Source of the DNA: Escherichia coli
GTDB taxonomy: Bacteria; Pseudomonadota; Gammaproteobacteria; Enterobacterales; Enterobacteriaceae
Length of the DNA: 64,000 nucleotides
Assembly: GCF_003334405.1 (NCBI RefSeq)
Contig: NZ_QOWM01000009.1
Strand: one strand, 5' to 3'
Positions 48,366 to 60,152 of this stretch are shown in pieces. Both the position numbers and the translations under genes were made by a program. Every line of letters begins with the position of its first letter. Position 1 is the first letter of the stretch. The notes below the pieces were generated by a model that worked only from the letters and a program-made list of their open reading frames with translations, did no database searches and was not told where the DNA came from.

Positions 48366-48998
48366 TTAACGAGTGCCGTAAACGACGATGGTTTTACCGT
48401 GTGCGGAGATCAGGTTCTGATCTTCCAGCATCTTCAGAATGCGTCCCACGGTTTCACGAGAACAGCCGACAATCTGACCAATTTCCTGACGGGTAATTTT
48501 GATTTGCATACCGTCCGGGTGAGTCATAGCGTCTGGTTGTTTTGCCAGATTCAGCAGAGTCTGTGCAATGCGGCCCGTCACGTCGAGGAACGCCAGGTTG
48601 CCCACTTTCTCTGAAGTGACTTGCAGACGACGCGCCATCTGTGCAGACAAACGCATCAGAATGTCCGGGTTTACCTGAATCAATTGGCGAAATTTTTTGT
48701 ACGAAATTTCAGCCACTTCACAGGCGGTTTTCGCACGTACCCATGCGCTACGTTCCTGGCCCTCTTCAAACAGGCCCAGTTCGCCAATAAAATCACCCTG
48801 ATTCAGATAGGAGAGGATCATTTCTTTACCCTCTTCGTCTTTGATCAGCACTGCCACAGAGCCTTTAACGATGTAGTACAGCGTTTCCGCTTTTTCACCC
48901 TGGTGAATAAGCGTGCTCTTGGATGGGTACTTATGAATGTGGCAATGAGACAAGAACCATTCGAGAGTCGGGTCTGTTTGCGGTTTGCCAAGCACCAT
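48366..48998 (-). CDS. crp: cAMP receptor protein (global transcription regulator)
   Basis: 210 aa with the characteristic C-terminal [20 protein letters not shown]; stop TAA. Confidence 0.97.
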
Positions 48999-49115
48999 GC
49001 GCGGTTATCCTCTGTTATAAGCTTTCTCCAGAGCCAGATAACGCCGCTGTCTCTGGATTGCCGAAATATGCTTCCCGCTACCTGGGAAGGGGCTATCAAC
49101 TGTACTGCACGGTAA

Positions 49116-49131
49116 TGTGACGTCCTTTGCA
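49116..49131. promoter_or_regulatory. Candidate CRP autoregulatory site in the crp leader
   Basis: TGTGA-cgtcct-TTGCA (one strong half-site), about 120 bp upstream of the crp ATG. Confidence 0.4.
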
Positions 49132-49299
49132 TACATGCAGTACATCAATGTATTACTGTAGCATCCTGACTGTTTTAGCATAGCTTTCGCTTTGTGTCTC
49201 CTGGTGTCTCGCTTCAGCATGACCCAGGTCGCCTTCCGTTGCGCGATTTGGTTAGTACGCGTACTCTGTCAGGAAAATTGACGCAGTGGAGTAGCAAAA

Positions 49300-49704
49300 A
49301 TGCAAGCGCGAGTGAAGTGGGTCGAAGGGTTAACTTTTCTGGGCGAATCCGCCTCTGGTCATCAGATTTTAATGGACGGCAACTCAGGCGATAAAGCACC
49401 AAGTCCGATGGAAATGGTGTTGATGGCGGCGGGTGGTTGCAGTGCCATCGATGTGGTTTCGATCCTGCAAAAAGGGCGTCAGGATGTGGTCGATTGTGAA
49501 GTAAAATTGACCTCTGAACGCCGCGAAGAGGCACCACGCCTGTTTACGCACATTAATCTGCATTTTATCGTCACCGGTCGCGACCTGAAAGACGCAGCGG
49601 TTGCGCGTGCGGTTGATCTCTCTGCCGAGAAATATTGTTCAGTGGCGTTGATGCTGGAAAAAGCGGTGAATATTACTCACTCGTATGAAGTGGTTGCCGC
49701 GTGA
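49300..49704 (+). CDS. yhfA: OsmC-family protein
   Basis: 134-aa ORF divergent from crp. Confidence 0.85.
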   Translation: MQARVKWVEGLTFLGESASGHQILMDGNSGDKAPSPMEMVLMAAGGCSAIDVVSILQKGRQDVVDCEVKLTSERREEAPRLFTHINLHFIVTGRDLKDAAVARAVDLSAEKYCSVALMLEKAVNITHSYEVVAA

Positions 49705-49758
49705 CTTAACTATCCCGTTGTGAAGCCGGATAGTATTTTATCCGGCGTAATAGCAGAG

Positions 49759-50628
49759 TTACTCGATTTTCTTTCCTTCCATCAATCGTTGCACCAGCGG
49801 CAGCATAATTAATTCCATTGCCAGACCCATTTTGCCGCCCGGTACCACTAACGTATTGATGTGGGAAATGAATGAGCCTTGCAACATCGCCAGCAGCCAG
49901 GGGAAATCGATCCCTTCCAGATTACGAAAATGGATCACCACAAAGCTTTCATCGAGCGACGGGATACCTTTTGCCGCGAACGGGTTTGAAGTGTCGACGG
50001 TGGGAACGCGCTGGAAGTTAAGATGGGTGCGGGAAAACTGCGGTGTGATGTAGTTGATATAGTCTTCCATTGAACGCACTACTGAGTCCATCACTGCTTC
50101 TCGTGAGTGCCCGCGCTCGCTGGTGTCGCGGATCAGTTTTTGAATCCACTCAAGGTTAACGATAGGCACCACGCCGACCAGTAAGTCCACATGCTGCGCA
50201 ACGTTATGCTGTGGCGTGACTACGCCGCCGTGTAAACCTTCATAAAACAGTACATCAGTGGGTTCCGGTAAAGGTTGCCAGGGGGTGAATGTCCCCGGTA
50301 CCTGATTCCACGGTACGGCTTCGTCGTAGGTATGCAGATATTTGCGAGATTTCCCTTTGCCGCTCTGACCGTATTCAATGAAGGTTTGTTCCAGCAGGCC
50401 GAAGTCGTTAGCCTCGGGGCCGAAGTAGCTGATATGCCGCCCGGCGTCGCGCGCTTTGCGGATCGCCATGTCCATTTCCGGGCGGGTGTAACGGTGAAAA
50501 CTGTCGCCTTCCACCTCAGCTGCATGCAGATTTAACTGCGCGAATATTTTACGAAACGCGAGGCTGGTGGTGGTGGTCCCCGCGCCGCTGGATCCTGTTA
50601 CCGCAATGACCGGATGTTTGGCAGACAT
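49759..50628 (-). CDS. prkB: Phosphoribulokinase-homologue (P-loop kinase)
   Basis: N-terminal P-loop VIAVTGSSGAGTTT; 289 aa. Confidence 0.85.
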   Translation of the reverse strand: MSAKHPVIAVTGSSGAGTTTTSLAFRKIFAQLNLHAAEVEGDSFHRYTRPEMDMAIRKARDAGRHISYFGPEANDFGLLEQTFIEYGQSGKGKSRKYLHTYDEAVPWNQVPGTFTPWQPLPEPTDVLFYEGLHGGVVTPQHNVAQHVDLLVGVVPIVNLEWIQKLIRDTSERGHSREAVMDSVVRSMEDYINYITPQFSRTHLNFQRVPTVDTSNPFAAKGIPSLDESFVVIHFRNLEGIDFPWLLAMLQGSFISHINTLVVPGGKMGLAMELIMLPLVQRLMEGKKIE

Positions 50629-50681
50629 AGTAACTCCATGACTTAGCTATCATTATTATCTCGTCCGCCGACGGTTGCAGG

Positions 50682-50900
50682 TTATTCGCGAAACTGACTG
50701 CGCGGCATAATATTGACCGTTTCGTGCAGCTCCGACCATACCAGCACCGCTTCTCCGCACTGTAGCTGGCGTTTGACGTCGGCGACTTTCTGTTCAAGTG
50801 TACGCTCATGTTCACCATAATCGGTGCCTTCACGTAACACAAAGCTTTCAATTAAATTTTCCAGCGTTTCGGGGGAGAGGTCTTGCCACGGAATCAACAT
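50682..50900 (-). CDS. yheU: Small conserved protein (UPF0270-type)
   Basis: 72 aa; start overlaps the yheT stop by 7 nt. Confidence 0.72.
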
Positions 50901-51916
50901 GATTTCGCCTCCAGATACGTTGTTAACCAGTCAGGAATGCGTGACTCCAGCCACATTTGCGGATGAAGTAATGTACCGCCAATAAAGCCAACATGACCGC
51001 CATGTTCAGTCAGTTGATACTCCACCTGCGGGGGGAGACTTTCCGGTTTCGGGATCACCTGATGATCCATAAACGGATCGTCTTTGGCGTGAATAATCAG
51101 CGTCGGTTTGGCGATCCGGTTCAGCATCGGCATGGCGCTACACTGACGATAATAGTCGATAGCGTCGGCGTAGCCGTGAATTCTGGCGGTGATGAGATCG
51201 TCAAATTCACGGATGCGACGTACCGATTTTAACTGCGCGAGATTAATCGGCAGCGTTCCGGGGTAGGCTGCCAGCTTGCGCGCGGCATTGGCTTTTAACA
51301 GGTTCAGCAAGTAACGCTGATAAACGCGGGAAAAGCCCTTTTCCATATGATAGCTACAGGCTTCCAGCATAAACGGCGCAGAGACAATCACCGCCGCATC
51401 AACCGGGAGATCATTGCCTTCCTTTGCCAGCAAACAGGCCAGCATATTACCGCCGAGCGAATAGCCGACGGCAGCCGTTGGCGCATGACCAAATTCGCGT
51501 TGCAGCCAGCGTAAAAACCAACTGGCGTCTTCGGTTTCGCCCGAATGGTAAATGCGGTGCATACGGTTTGGTTCACCGCTGCATCCGCGAAAATGCATCA
51601 CCACGCCCAGCCAGCCGCGCTTTTGCGCCGCCTCAACCAGACCGTGGGCGTAAGGGCTGTTGAGACTGCCTTCCAGCCCGTGAAACACCACCAGACGAGG
51701 TTTATGTTGCGCCTGTGCAGGGTTTTCACTCCACGCAAGATCGACAAAATCGCCGTCGGGCAACTCCAGCCGCTGCCAGTACGGGGTGAATTTCACCTGA
51801 CGACGAAACAGACGCGGCAGCATGGTTTGCAGATGACAATTGCTAAAGCCGCGCATGGGGATGAATTCAGCACTGCTGCTGAATTCATTGGCATCGGTCG
51901 TCGTTATCTGCGCCAT
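50894..51916 (-). CDS. yheT: Alpha/beta-fold hydrolase
   Basis: Nucleophile elbow GYSLGG; 340 aa; start overlaps the yheS stop by 1 nt. Confidence 0.85.
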
Positions 51917-53829
51917 CAGTTGCTTTGGCCTTCCAGCAGCATCTGCTCAAGCTGCTCCTGGGCTTCCAGCCATGCCATTTCGCACTCTTCCAGGCCGGAT
52001 TTGGCGCTGGCTTGCTGTTGCAGGCAGGCGGTCAACTCCGCTTTACGGCTCTGGTCATACAGTTCGCTGTCGCCGAGTTTCTCTTCCGCCTGCGCCAGTT
52101 GCGCGTTCAGCTTCTCCATCTCTTTTTCCAGACGGGCAATCTCTTTACGCAGTGGCTGGGTTTGCGCACGCAGCTCAGCTTCCCGACGCTTCTGATCTTT
52201 ACGTGCCTGGGCGCTGTTCGCATTCTCTTTTGGCGCTTCGTCGGTCTGGTTTTCCTGCTTTTGTACGTCGCTCAACCACTGTTGATAATCTTCCAGATCG
52301 CCGTCGAACGGTTCGACTTTACGATCGTGAACCAGGTAGAGATCGTCAGTGGTGGAACGCAGCAAATGACGGTCGTGCGAAACGACAACCAGCGCGCCTT
52401 CAAACTCGATTAATGCTTCGGTGAGTGCCTGACGCATGTCGAGGTCAAGGTGGTTAGTCGGTTCGTCGAGCAGCAGCAGATTCGGCCGCTGCCAGACAAT
52501 TAATGCCAGCACCAGGCGGGCTTTTTCCCCACCGGAGAAGCGGCGCGTTTCTTCGGTTACTTTATCGCCCTGGAAACCAAAGCCGCCGAGGTAGTCACGC
52601 AGTTTTTGTTCCAGCTCCTGCGGCGCTAAACGTGCCAGATGTTGAATAGGTGATTCGTCGGCGCGCAGGTATTCAAGTTGATGCTGGGCGAAGTAGCCGA
52701 GTTTGATCCCTTTCGCCAGACCAATTTCACCGCTGACTGGCGCAAGTTCACCGGCTAACAGTTTGATTAATGTCGATTTACCCGCGCCATTGCGGCCTAA
52801 CAGACCAATACGCGAGCCGGGCACCAGGTTCAGTTTAATCGAGTCGAGAATAATGCGATCGCCATAGCCCGCGCTGACTTTTTCCATCTTCAGTAACGGA
52901 TTTGGCAGGCTTTCCGGCGCGCGGAAGCTAAAGCGGAACGGGTTGTCGACGTGCGCGGGGGCAATTAGCTCCATACGCTCGAGCATCTTAATGCGGCTCT
53001 GGGCCTGCTTCGCTTTGGTGGCTTTGGCACGGAAACGGTCGATATAACTTTGCAGATGCGCTACGCGTTCCTGCTGGCTTTCGTACATCGCTTGTTGCTG
53101 CGCCAGACGGGTGGCGCGCTGTACTTCAAACGAACTGTAGTTGCCGGTGTACTCGAACATGCTTTGTTGTTCGATATGAATAATTTTATCGACGATCGGA
53201 TCGAGGAAGTCGCGGTCGTGAGAGATCAGGATCAGCGTGCCCTGATAGCTCTTCAGCCATTTTTCCAGCCAGATAACGGCATCGAGATCGAGGTGGTTAG
53301 TCGGTTCGTCGAGCAGCAGCAAGTCTGAACGGCAAATCAGCGCCTGGGCAAGGTTAAGACGCATACGCCAGCCCCCGGAAAAATCACTTACCGGGCGCTC
53401 CAGTTGTTCATTGCTGAAACCGAGGCCGTGCAGCAGGCTGGCAGCACGGGAGCGAATACTCCATGCGTCAATAGCATCCAGCTTGCCATGAATGGTCGCA
53501 ATGGCGTGCCCGTCGTTACGTTCGTTGGCGTCGTGTAGCTGCGCTTCTAGTTGACGATATTCACGGTCGCCGTCAATGACATATTCCAGCGCCGCTTGCG
53601 GTAACGCCGGCGTTTCCTGATTCACCCACGCCAGTTGCCAGCTTCCCGGAAAGGTGTAGCTGCCGCCGTCGGCGCTGATTTCATTTTTCAGCAATGCCAG
53701 CAGGGTAGATTTACCACAGCCGTTTTTACCCACCAGGCCGACTTTCTGCCCAGGGTTGATGGTGGCGGTGGCATTATCCAGCAGGACGCGCACGCCGCGA
53801 CGAATTTGTAACGAGGAGAAAACAATCAT
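51916..53829 (-). CDS. yheS: ABC-F family ATPase (two tandem ABC domains, no TM domain)
   Basis: Two Walker A motifs (GKNGCGKST, GRNGAGKST) and two ABC signatures (FSGGWRMR, FSGGEKAR) split by a charged linker; 637 aa. Confidence 0.9.
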   Translation of the reverse strand: MIVFSSLQIRRGVRVLLDNATATINPGQKVGLVGKNGCGKSTLLALLKNEISADGGSYTFPGSWQLAWVNQETPALPQAALEYVIDGDREYRQLEAQLHDANERNDGHAIATIHGKLDAIDAWSIRSRAASLLHGLGFSNEQLERPVSDFSGGWRMRLNLAQALICRSDLLLLDEPTNHLDLDAVIWLEKWLKSYQGTLILISHDRDFLDPIVDKIIHIEQQSMFEYTGNYSSFEVQRATRLAQQQAMYESQQERVAHLQSYIDRFRAKATKAKQAQSRIKMLERMELIAPAHVDNPFRFSFRAPESLPNPLLKMEKVSAGYGDRIILDSIKLNLVPGSRIGLLGRNGAGKSTLIKLLAGELAPVSGEIGLAKGIKLGYFAQHQLEYLRADESPIQHLARLAPQELEQKLRDYLGGFGFQGDKVTEETRRFSGGEKARLVLALIVWQRPNLLLLDEPTNHLDLDMRQALTEALIEFEGALVVVSHDRHLLRSTTDDLYLVHDRKVEPFDGDLEDYQQWLSDVQKQENQTDEAPKENANSAQARKDQKRREAELRAQTQPLRKEIARLEKEMEKLNAQLAQAEEKLGDSELYDQSRKAELTACLQQQASAKSGLEECEMAWLEAQEQLEQMLLEGQSN

Positions 53830-53956
53830 AAGGTGCCGTATGTTCAGACTATGTTAACTTATCATTATGATAATGTAATGTATGGGCGAGCTGCCGCACC
53901 GGGCGCAATGGTAGCCCAAAACAGCGACTATACACAAAAACCATACCGGGAGGGGG

Positions 53957-54511
53957 ATGATGTCTCAGCCAGCGAAAGTTTTGCTGCTGTATGCCCATCC
54001 GGAATCTCAGGACTCGGTGGCAAACCGGGTACTGCTTAAACCGGCCACGCAGCTCAGCAATGTTACCGTGCACGACCTTTACGCGCACTATCCCGATTTT
54101 TTTATTGATATCCCCCGTGAGCAGGCATTACTGCGCGAGCACGAGGTGATTGTCTTTCAGCATCCTCTTTATACCTATAGCTGCCCGGCGCTACTGAAAG
54201 AGTGGCTGGACCGGGTATTAAGTCGTGGTTTTGCCAGCGGGCCGGGAGGAAACCAACTGGCGGGAAAGTACTGGCGTAGCGTGATTACCACCGGCGAGCC
54301 GGAAAGTGCTTACCGTTATGACGCGCTGAATCGCTACCCGATGAGCGATGTGCTGCGCCCCTTTGAACTGGCGGCGGGCATGTGCCGGATGCATTGGTTA
54401 AGTCCCATCATTATTTACTGGGCGAGACGGCAAAGCGCACAGGAGCTGGCGAGCCACGCCAGAGCCTACGGTGACTGGCTGGCAAATCCGCTGTCTCCAG
54501 GAGGCCGCTGA
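53957..54511 (+). CDS. kefG: Flavodoxin-like ancillary subunit of K+ efflux system KefB
   Basis: 184-aa ORF whose stop overlaps the kefB start (TGATG). Confidence 0.88.
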
Positions 54512-56316
54512 TGGAAGGTTCCGATTTTTTACTCGCAGGAGTGCTGTTTCTCTTCGCGGCGGTGGCTGCGGTGCCGCTGGCATCGCGGCTGGGTATTGGC
54601 GCTGTGTTGGGATATTTGCTGGCAGGGATTGCAATTGGCCCGTGGGGGCTGGGGTTTATTAGCGACGTCGATGAGATCCTCCACTTTTCGGAACTCGGCG
54701 TGGTATTCCTGATGTTTATCATCGGCCTTGAGTTGAATCCCTCCAAACTTTGGCAACTGCGGCGTTCGATTTTTGGCGTAGGCGCGGCACAGGTGCTGTT
54801 AAGCGCGGCGTTGCTGGCGGGATTATTGATGCTGACGGATTTCGCCTGGCAGGCGGCGGTGGTCGGTGGCATTGGCCTTGCGATGTCTTCAACTGCAATG
54901 GCGTTGCAATTGATGCGTGAGAAAGGGATGAATCGCAGCGAATCCGGCCAGCTCGGGTTTTCGGTTCTGCTGTTTCAGGATCTGGCAGTAATCCCAGCAC
55001 TGGCGTTAGTGCCGTTGTTGGCGGGGTCGGCAGACGAACATTTCGACTGGATGAAGGTCGGCATGAAGGTGCTGGCGTTTGTCGGCATGCTGATTGGTGG
55101 GCGCTATTTACTGCGTCCGGTATTCCGCTTTATTGCAGCTTCTGGCGTGCGGGAAGTGTTCACCGCCGCGACGCTGCTGCTGGTGTTGGGTTCCGCATTG
55201 TTTATGGATGCGCTGGGGCTGTCGATGGCGCTCGGTACATTTATTGCGGGCGTGCTGCTGGCGGAAAGTGAATATCGCCATGAACTGGAAACGGCTATCG
55301 ATCCCTTCAAAGGCTTGCTGCTCGGTTTGTTCTTTATCTCTGTCGGCATGTCACTCAACCTCGGGGTGCTTTATACCCATCTGTTGTGGGTAGTGATAAG
55401 CGTGGTTGTGCTGGTGGCGGTGAAAATTCTCGTGCTGTATCTGCTGGCGCGATTGTATGGCGTGCGTAGCTCAGAGCGGATGCAGTTTGCTGGCGTGTTG
55501 AGTCAGGGTGGTGAGTTTGCCTTTGTCCTCTTTTCTACCGCTTCTTCACAACGCTTATTCCAGGGCGACCAGATGGCGTTGTTGCTGGTGACGGTGACGC
55601 TTTCCATGATGACCACGCCGTTGCTGATGAAGCTGGTGGATAAATGGCTATCCCGCCAGTTTAACGGACCGGAAGAAGAAGACGAAAAACCGTGGGTCAA
55701 CGATGATAAACCCCAGGTCATTGTCGTGGGCTTCGGGCGTTTTGGTCAGGTGATTGGTCGTTTGCTGATGGCAAATAAAATGCGCATTACCGTGCTGGAG
55801 CGGGATATCAGCGCCGTTAACCTGATGCGTAAATACGGCTACAAAGTTTATTACGGCGACGCCACGCAGGTCGATCTTTTACGTTCTGCGGGTGCAGAGG
55901 CCGCTGAGTCTATCGTCATTACCTGTAACGAGCCGGAAGACACCATGAAGCTGGTGGAAATATGCCAACAGCACTTTCCGCATTTGCATATTCTTGCGCG
56001 AGCGCGCGGACGTGTGGAAGCGCATGAGTTATTACAGGCAGGGGTGACGCAGTTTTCCCGTGAAACATTCTCCAGTGCGTTAGAGCTGGGGCGCAAGACG
56101 CTGGTCACGCTTGGCATGCATCCGCATCAGGCACAGCGAGCGCAACTGCATTTTCGCCGCCTGGATATGCGGATGCTGCGAGAGCTCATCCCAATGCATG
56201 CCGATACCGTACAAATTTCTCGCGCCAGGGAAGCCCGACGCGAACTGGAAGAGATTTTCCAGCGTGAAATGCAACAAGAACGACGCCAGCTGGACGGCTG
56301 GGATGAATTTGAGTAG
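54511..56316 (+). CDS. kefB: Glutathione-gated K+/H+ efflux antiporter
   Basis: CPA2-type membrane domain plus C-terminal KTN/Rossmann domain (VVGFGRFGQ); 601 aa. Confidence 0.95.
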   Translation: MEGSDFLLAGVLFLFAAVAAVPLASRLGIGAVLGYLLAGIAIGPWGLGFISDVDEILHFSELGVVFLMFIIGLELNPSKLWQLRRSIFGVGAAQVLLSAALLAGLLMLTDFAWQAAVVGGIGLAMSSTAMALQLMREKGMNRSESGQLGFSVLLFQDLAVIPALALVPLLAGSADEHFDWMKVGMKVLAFVGMLIGGRYLLRPVFRFIAASGVREVFTAATLLLVLGSALFMDALGLSMALGTFIAGVLLAESEYRHELETAIDPFKGLLLGLFFISVGMSLNLGVLYTHLLWVVISVVVLVAVKILVLYLLARLYGVRSSERMQFAGVLSQGGEFAFVLFSTASSQRLFQGDQMALLLVTVTLSMMTTPLLMKLVDKWLSRQFNGPEEEDEKPWVNDDKPQVIVVGFGRFGQVIGRLLMANKMRITVLERDISAVNLMRKYGYKVYYGDATQVDLLRSAGAEAAESIVITCNEPEDTMKLVEICQQHFPHLHILARARGRVEAHELLQAGVTQFSRETFSSALELGRKTLVTLGMHPHQAQRAQLHFRRLDMRMLRELIPMHADTVQISRAREARRELEEIFQREMQQERRQLDGWDEFE

Positions 56317-56325
56317 AGGGTAAAG

Positions 56326-56526
56326 ATGGCAATCCGAAAACGTTTTATTGCGGGCGCAAAATGCCCGGCCTGTCAGGCGCAGGATTCAATGGCGATGTGG
56401 CGCGAAAATAATATTGATATTGTTGAATGTGTTAAGTGCGGACATCAGATGCGAGAAGCAGACAAAGAAGCCCGCGATCACGTTCGCAAAGATGAGCAAG
56501 TGATCGGGATTTTTCATCCGGACTAG
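56326..56526 (+). CDS. yheV: Small Cys4 zinc-ribbon protein
   Basis: 66 aa with CPAC..CVKC pairs, 10 nt downstream of kefB. Confidence 0.75.
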   Translation: MAIRKRFIAGAKCPACQAQDSMAMWRENNIDIVECVKCGHQMREADKEARDHVRKDEQVIGIFHPD

Positions 56527-56620
56527 CGATATGCGCCGAGTTTTTTTAAGCTAGTGAGTACACGGCTGCAGAATTCCGCTACAATCTGCGCCACTATTCT
56601 TCCCATGCTCAGGAGATATC

Positions 56621-57211
56621 ATGAAAGTAGCAAAAGACCTGGTGGTCAGCCTGGCCTATCAGGTACGTACAGAAGACGGTGTGTTGGTTGATGAGTCTCC
56701 GGTGAGTGCGCCGCTGGACTACCTGCATGGTCACGGTTCCCTGATCTCTGGCCTGGAAACGGCGCTGGAAGGTCATGAAGTTGGCGACAAATTTGATGTC
56801 GCTGTTGGCGCGAACGACGCTTACGGTCAGTACGACGAAAACCTGGTGCAACGTGTTCCTAAAGACGTATTTATGGGCGTTGATGAACTGCAGGTAGGTA
56901 TGCGTTTCCTGGCTGAAACCGACCAGGGTCCGGTACCGGTTGAAATCACTGCGGTTGAAGACGATCACGTCGTGGTTGATGGTAACCACATGCTGGCCGG
57001 TCAGAACCTGAAATTCAACGTTGAAGTTGTGGCGATTCGCGAAGCGACTGAAGAAGAACTGGCTCATGGTCACGTTCACGGCGCGCACGATCACCACCAC
57101 GATCACGACCACGACGGTTGCTGCGGCGGTCATGGCCACGATCACGGTCATGAACACGGTGGCGAAGGCTGCTGTGGCGGTAAAGGCAACGGCGGTTGCG
57201 GTTGCCACTAA
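56621..57211 (+). CDS. slyD: FKBP-type PPIase / metallochaperone SlyD
   Basis: FKBP core and insert domain followed by a His/Cys/Asp-rich metal-binding tail (codons at about 57065-57208); AGGAG SD; 196 aa. Confidence 0.95.
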   Translation: MKVAKDLVVSLAYQVRTEDGVLVDESPVSAPLDYLHGHGSLISGLETALEGHEVGDKFDVAVGANDAYGQYDENLVQRVPKDVFMGVDELQVGMRFLAETDQGPVPVEITAVEDDHVVVDGNHMLAGQNLKFNVEVVAIREATEEELAHGHVHGAHDHHHDHDHDGCCGGHGHDHGHEHGGEGCCGGKGNGGCGCH

Positions 57212-57224
57212 TACCGAAAAAGTG

Positions 57225-57254
57225 ACAAAAAAGCGGGGAATCCCCGCTTTTTTT
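57225..57254. terminator. Bidirectional terminator shared by convergent slyD and slyX
   Basis: A-run, stem AGCGGGG / CCCCGCT, then a T7 run in the 48-bp gap between the two stops. Confidence 0.8.
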
Positions 57255-57259
57255 ACGCC

Positions 57260-57478
57260 TCAATAATGTGGCGGTGGCGTTTCTTCAGCCTGCGACGCGA
57301 TGTTCGACGGCTGGCTGGCTTTTAACTTCTCGGTCAGCAGACGCAGATGATCGCGCAGTTTCGCCATCTCCATTTCATGAGCGGTCACCGTGACGTTCAG
57401 TTCTTCAATGGTGATTTCCTGAAAAGCCAGTCGGCTCTCCAGCTCTGCCAGGCGTGCTTCCAATGATAAATCCTGCAT
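57260..57478 (-). CDS. slyX: Small coiled-coil protein SlyX
   Basis: 72-aa ORF convergent with slyD, sharing its terminator hairpin. Confidence 0.8.
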
Positions 57479-57558
57479 GATTCACCTCTTTTGTCGAATG
57501 GTCGCCGCGGATTCTACTTAACTTTGCTGCCCGAGACAGCACTCATTTCGCGGTCATC

Positions 57559-57586
57559 GAAACTAATTTAAACAAAAAGAGTCTGA
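57559..57586 (+). promoter_or_regulatory. Candidate sigma-E promoter of fkpA
   Basis: GAAACT (-35-like), 16-bp spacer, TCTGA (-10) at 57582-57586, about 110 bp upstream of the fkpA ATG. Confidence 0.4.
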
Positions 57587-57698
57587 AAATAGATGATAAT
57601 AGGGCGTGTCTGTATGTAGATTTGTTCGACAACGCTTTATAGTACCCTTCTGATAATAGTTAACCCTGGGGTGAGATGCCCCGATCCTGGAGATATGG

Positions 57699-58511
57699 AT
57701 GAAATCACTGTTTAAAGTAACGCTGCTGGCGACCACAATGGCCGTTGCCCTGCATGCACCAATCACTTTTGCTGCTGAAGCTGCAAAACCTGCTACAGCT
57801 GCTGACAGCAAAGCAGCGTTCAAAAATGACGATCAGAAATCAGCTTATGCACTGGGTGCCTCGCTGGGTCGTTACATGGAAAACTCTCTAAAAGAACAAG
57901 AAAAACTGGGCATCAAACTGGATAAAGATCAGCTGATCGCTGGTGTTCAGGATGCATTTGCTGATAAGAGCAAACTCTCCGACCAAGAGATCGAACAGAC
58001 TCTACAAGCATTCGAAGCTCGCGTGAAGTCTTCTGCTCAGGCGAAGATGGAAAAAGACGCGGCTGATAACGAAGCAAAAGGTAAAGAGTACCGCGAGAAA
58101 TTTGCCAAAGAGAAAGGTGTGAAAACCTCTTCAACTGGTCTGGTTTATCAGGTAGTAGAAGCCGGTAAAGGCGAAGCACCGAAAGACAGCGATACTGTTG
58201 TAGTGAACTACAAAGGTACGCTGATCGACGGTAAAGAGTTCGACAACTCTTACACCCGTGGTGAACCGCTTTCTTTCCGTCTGGACGGTGTTATCCCGGG
58301 TTGGACAGAAGGTCTGAAGAACATCAAGAAAGGCGGTAAGATCAAACTGGTTATTCCACCAGAACTGGCTTACGGCAAAGCGGGTGTTCCGGGGATCCCA
58401 CCGAATTCTACCCTGGTGTTTGACGTAGAGCTGCTGGATGTGAAACCAGCGCCGAAGGCTGATGCAAAGCCGGAAGCTGATGCGAAAGCCGCAGATTCTG
58501 CTAAAAAATAA
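57699..58511 (+). CDS. fkpA: Periplasmic FKBP-type PPIase / chaperone FkpA
   Basis: Signal peptide MKSLFKVTLLATTMAVALHAPITFA, helical dimerisation arm, C-terminal FKBP domain; 270 aa. Confidence 0.95.
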   Translation: MKSLFKVTLLATTMAVALHAPITFAAEAAKPATAADSKAAFKNDDQKSAYALGASLGRYMENSLKEQEKLGIKLDKDQLIAGVQDAFADKSKLSDQEIEQTLQAFEARVKSSAQAKMEKDAADNEAKGKEYREKFAKEKGVKTSSTGLVYQVVEAGKGEAPKDSDTVVVNYKGTLIDGKEFDNSYTRGEPLSFRLDGVIPGWTEGLKNIKKGGKIKLVIPPELAYGKAGVPGIPPNSTLVFDVELLDVKPAPKADAKPEADAKAADSAKK

Positions 58512-58521
58512 GCATTAAGAA

Positions 58522-58550
58522 CCGCCGCCTGACCAGGCGGCGGTTTTTTT
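58522..58550 (+). terminator. Intrinsic terminator of fkpA
   Basis: Stem CCGCCGCC / GGCGGCGG with 6-nt loop followed by a T7 run, 10 nt after the stop. Confidence 0.85.
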
Positions 58551-58677
58551 ATTACAGGCCGGATATAATTAGTGCTGGAAAGCGGAACCTCCGCTGTATT
58601 AATTTAGTTACCCGCATCATTAATGAGCCTGCCCTGAAAAGTTAACGACAGGCTCCTGAAAAGGAGTGTTTTTTTTC

Positions 58678-59785
<1,108 letters not shown>

Positions 59786-59786
<1 letters not shown>

Positions 59787-60145
59787 TGAAACGAATTGCG
59801 TTTGTTTTTTCTACTGCACCTCATGGTACAGCCGCAGGCCGGGAAGGTTTAGATGCTTTACTGGCAACTTCCGCATTAACTGACGATCTGGCTGTCTTCT
59901 TTATAGCTGATGGCGTTTTTCAGCTGCTGCCAGGACAAAAGCCCGATGCAGTGCTGGCGCGTGATTACATTGCCACTTTTAAATTGTTGGGTCTGTACGA
60001 CATTGAACAGTGCTGGGTTTGTGCGGCTTCACTGCGCGAACGCGGGTTAGATCCGCAGACACCCTTTGTTGTCGAAGCCACGCCGCTCGAAGCAGATGCC
60101 TTACGCCGCGAACTCGCCAACTACGATGTTATTTTGAGGTTTTGA
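59786..60145 (+). CDS. tusC: Sulfurtransferase complex subunit TusC
   Basis: 119 aa; start overlaps the tusD stop (TGATG). Confidence 0.9.
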
Positions 60146-60152
60146 GGCGTTT

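Noticed and set aside
56609-57266. ORFs 56609..57208 (minus), 57015..57263 (minus) and 57021..57266 (plus) overlapping slyD.
   Set aside because: Generated by the repetitive His/Asp/Gly/Cys codon run of the slyD tail, which stays open in several frames; slyD itself is unambiguous.
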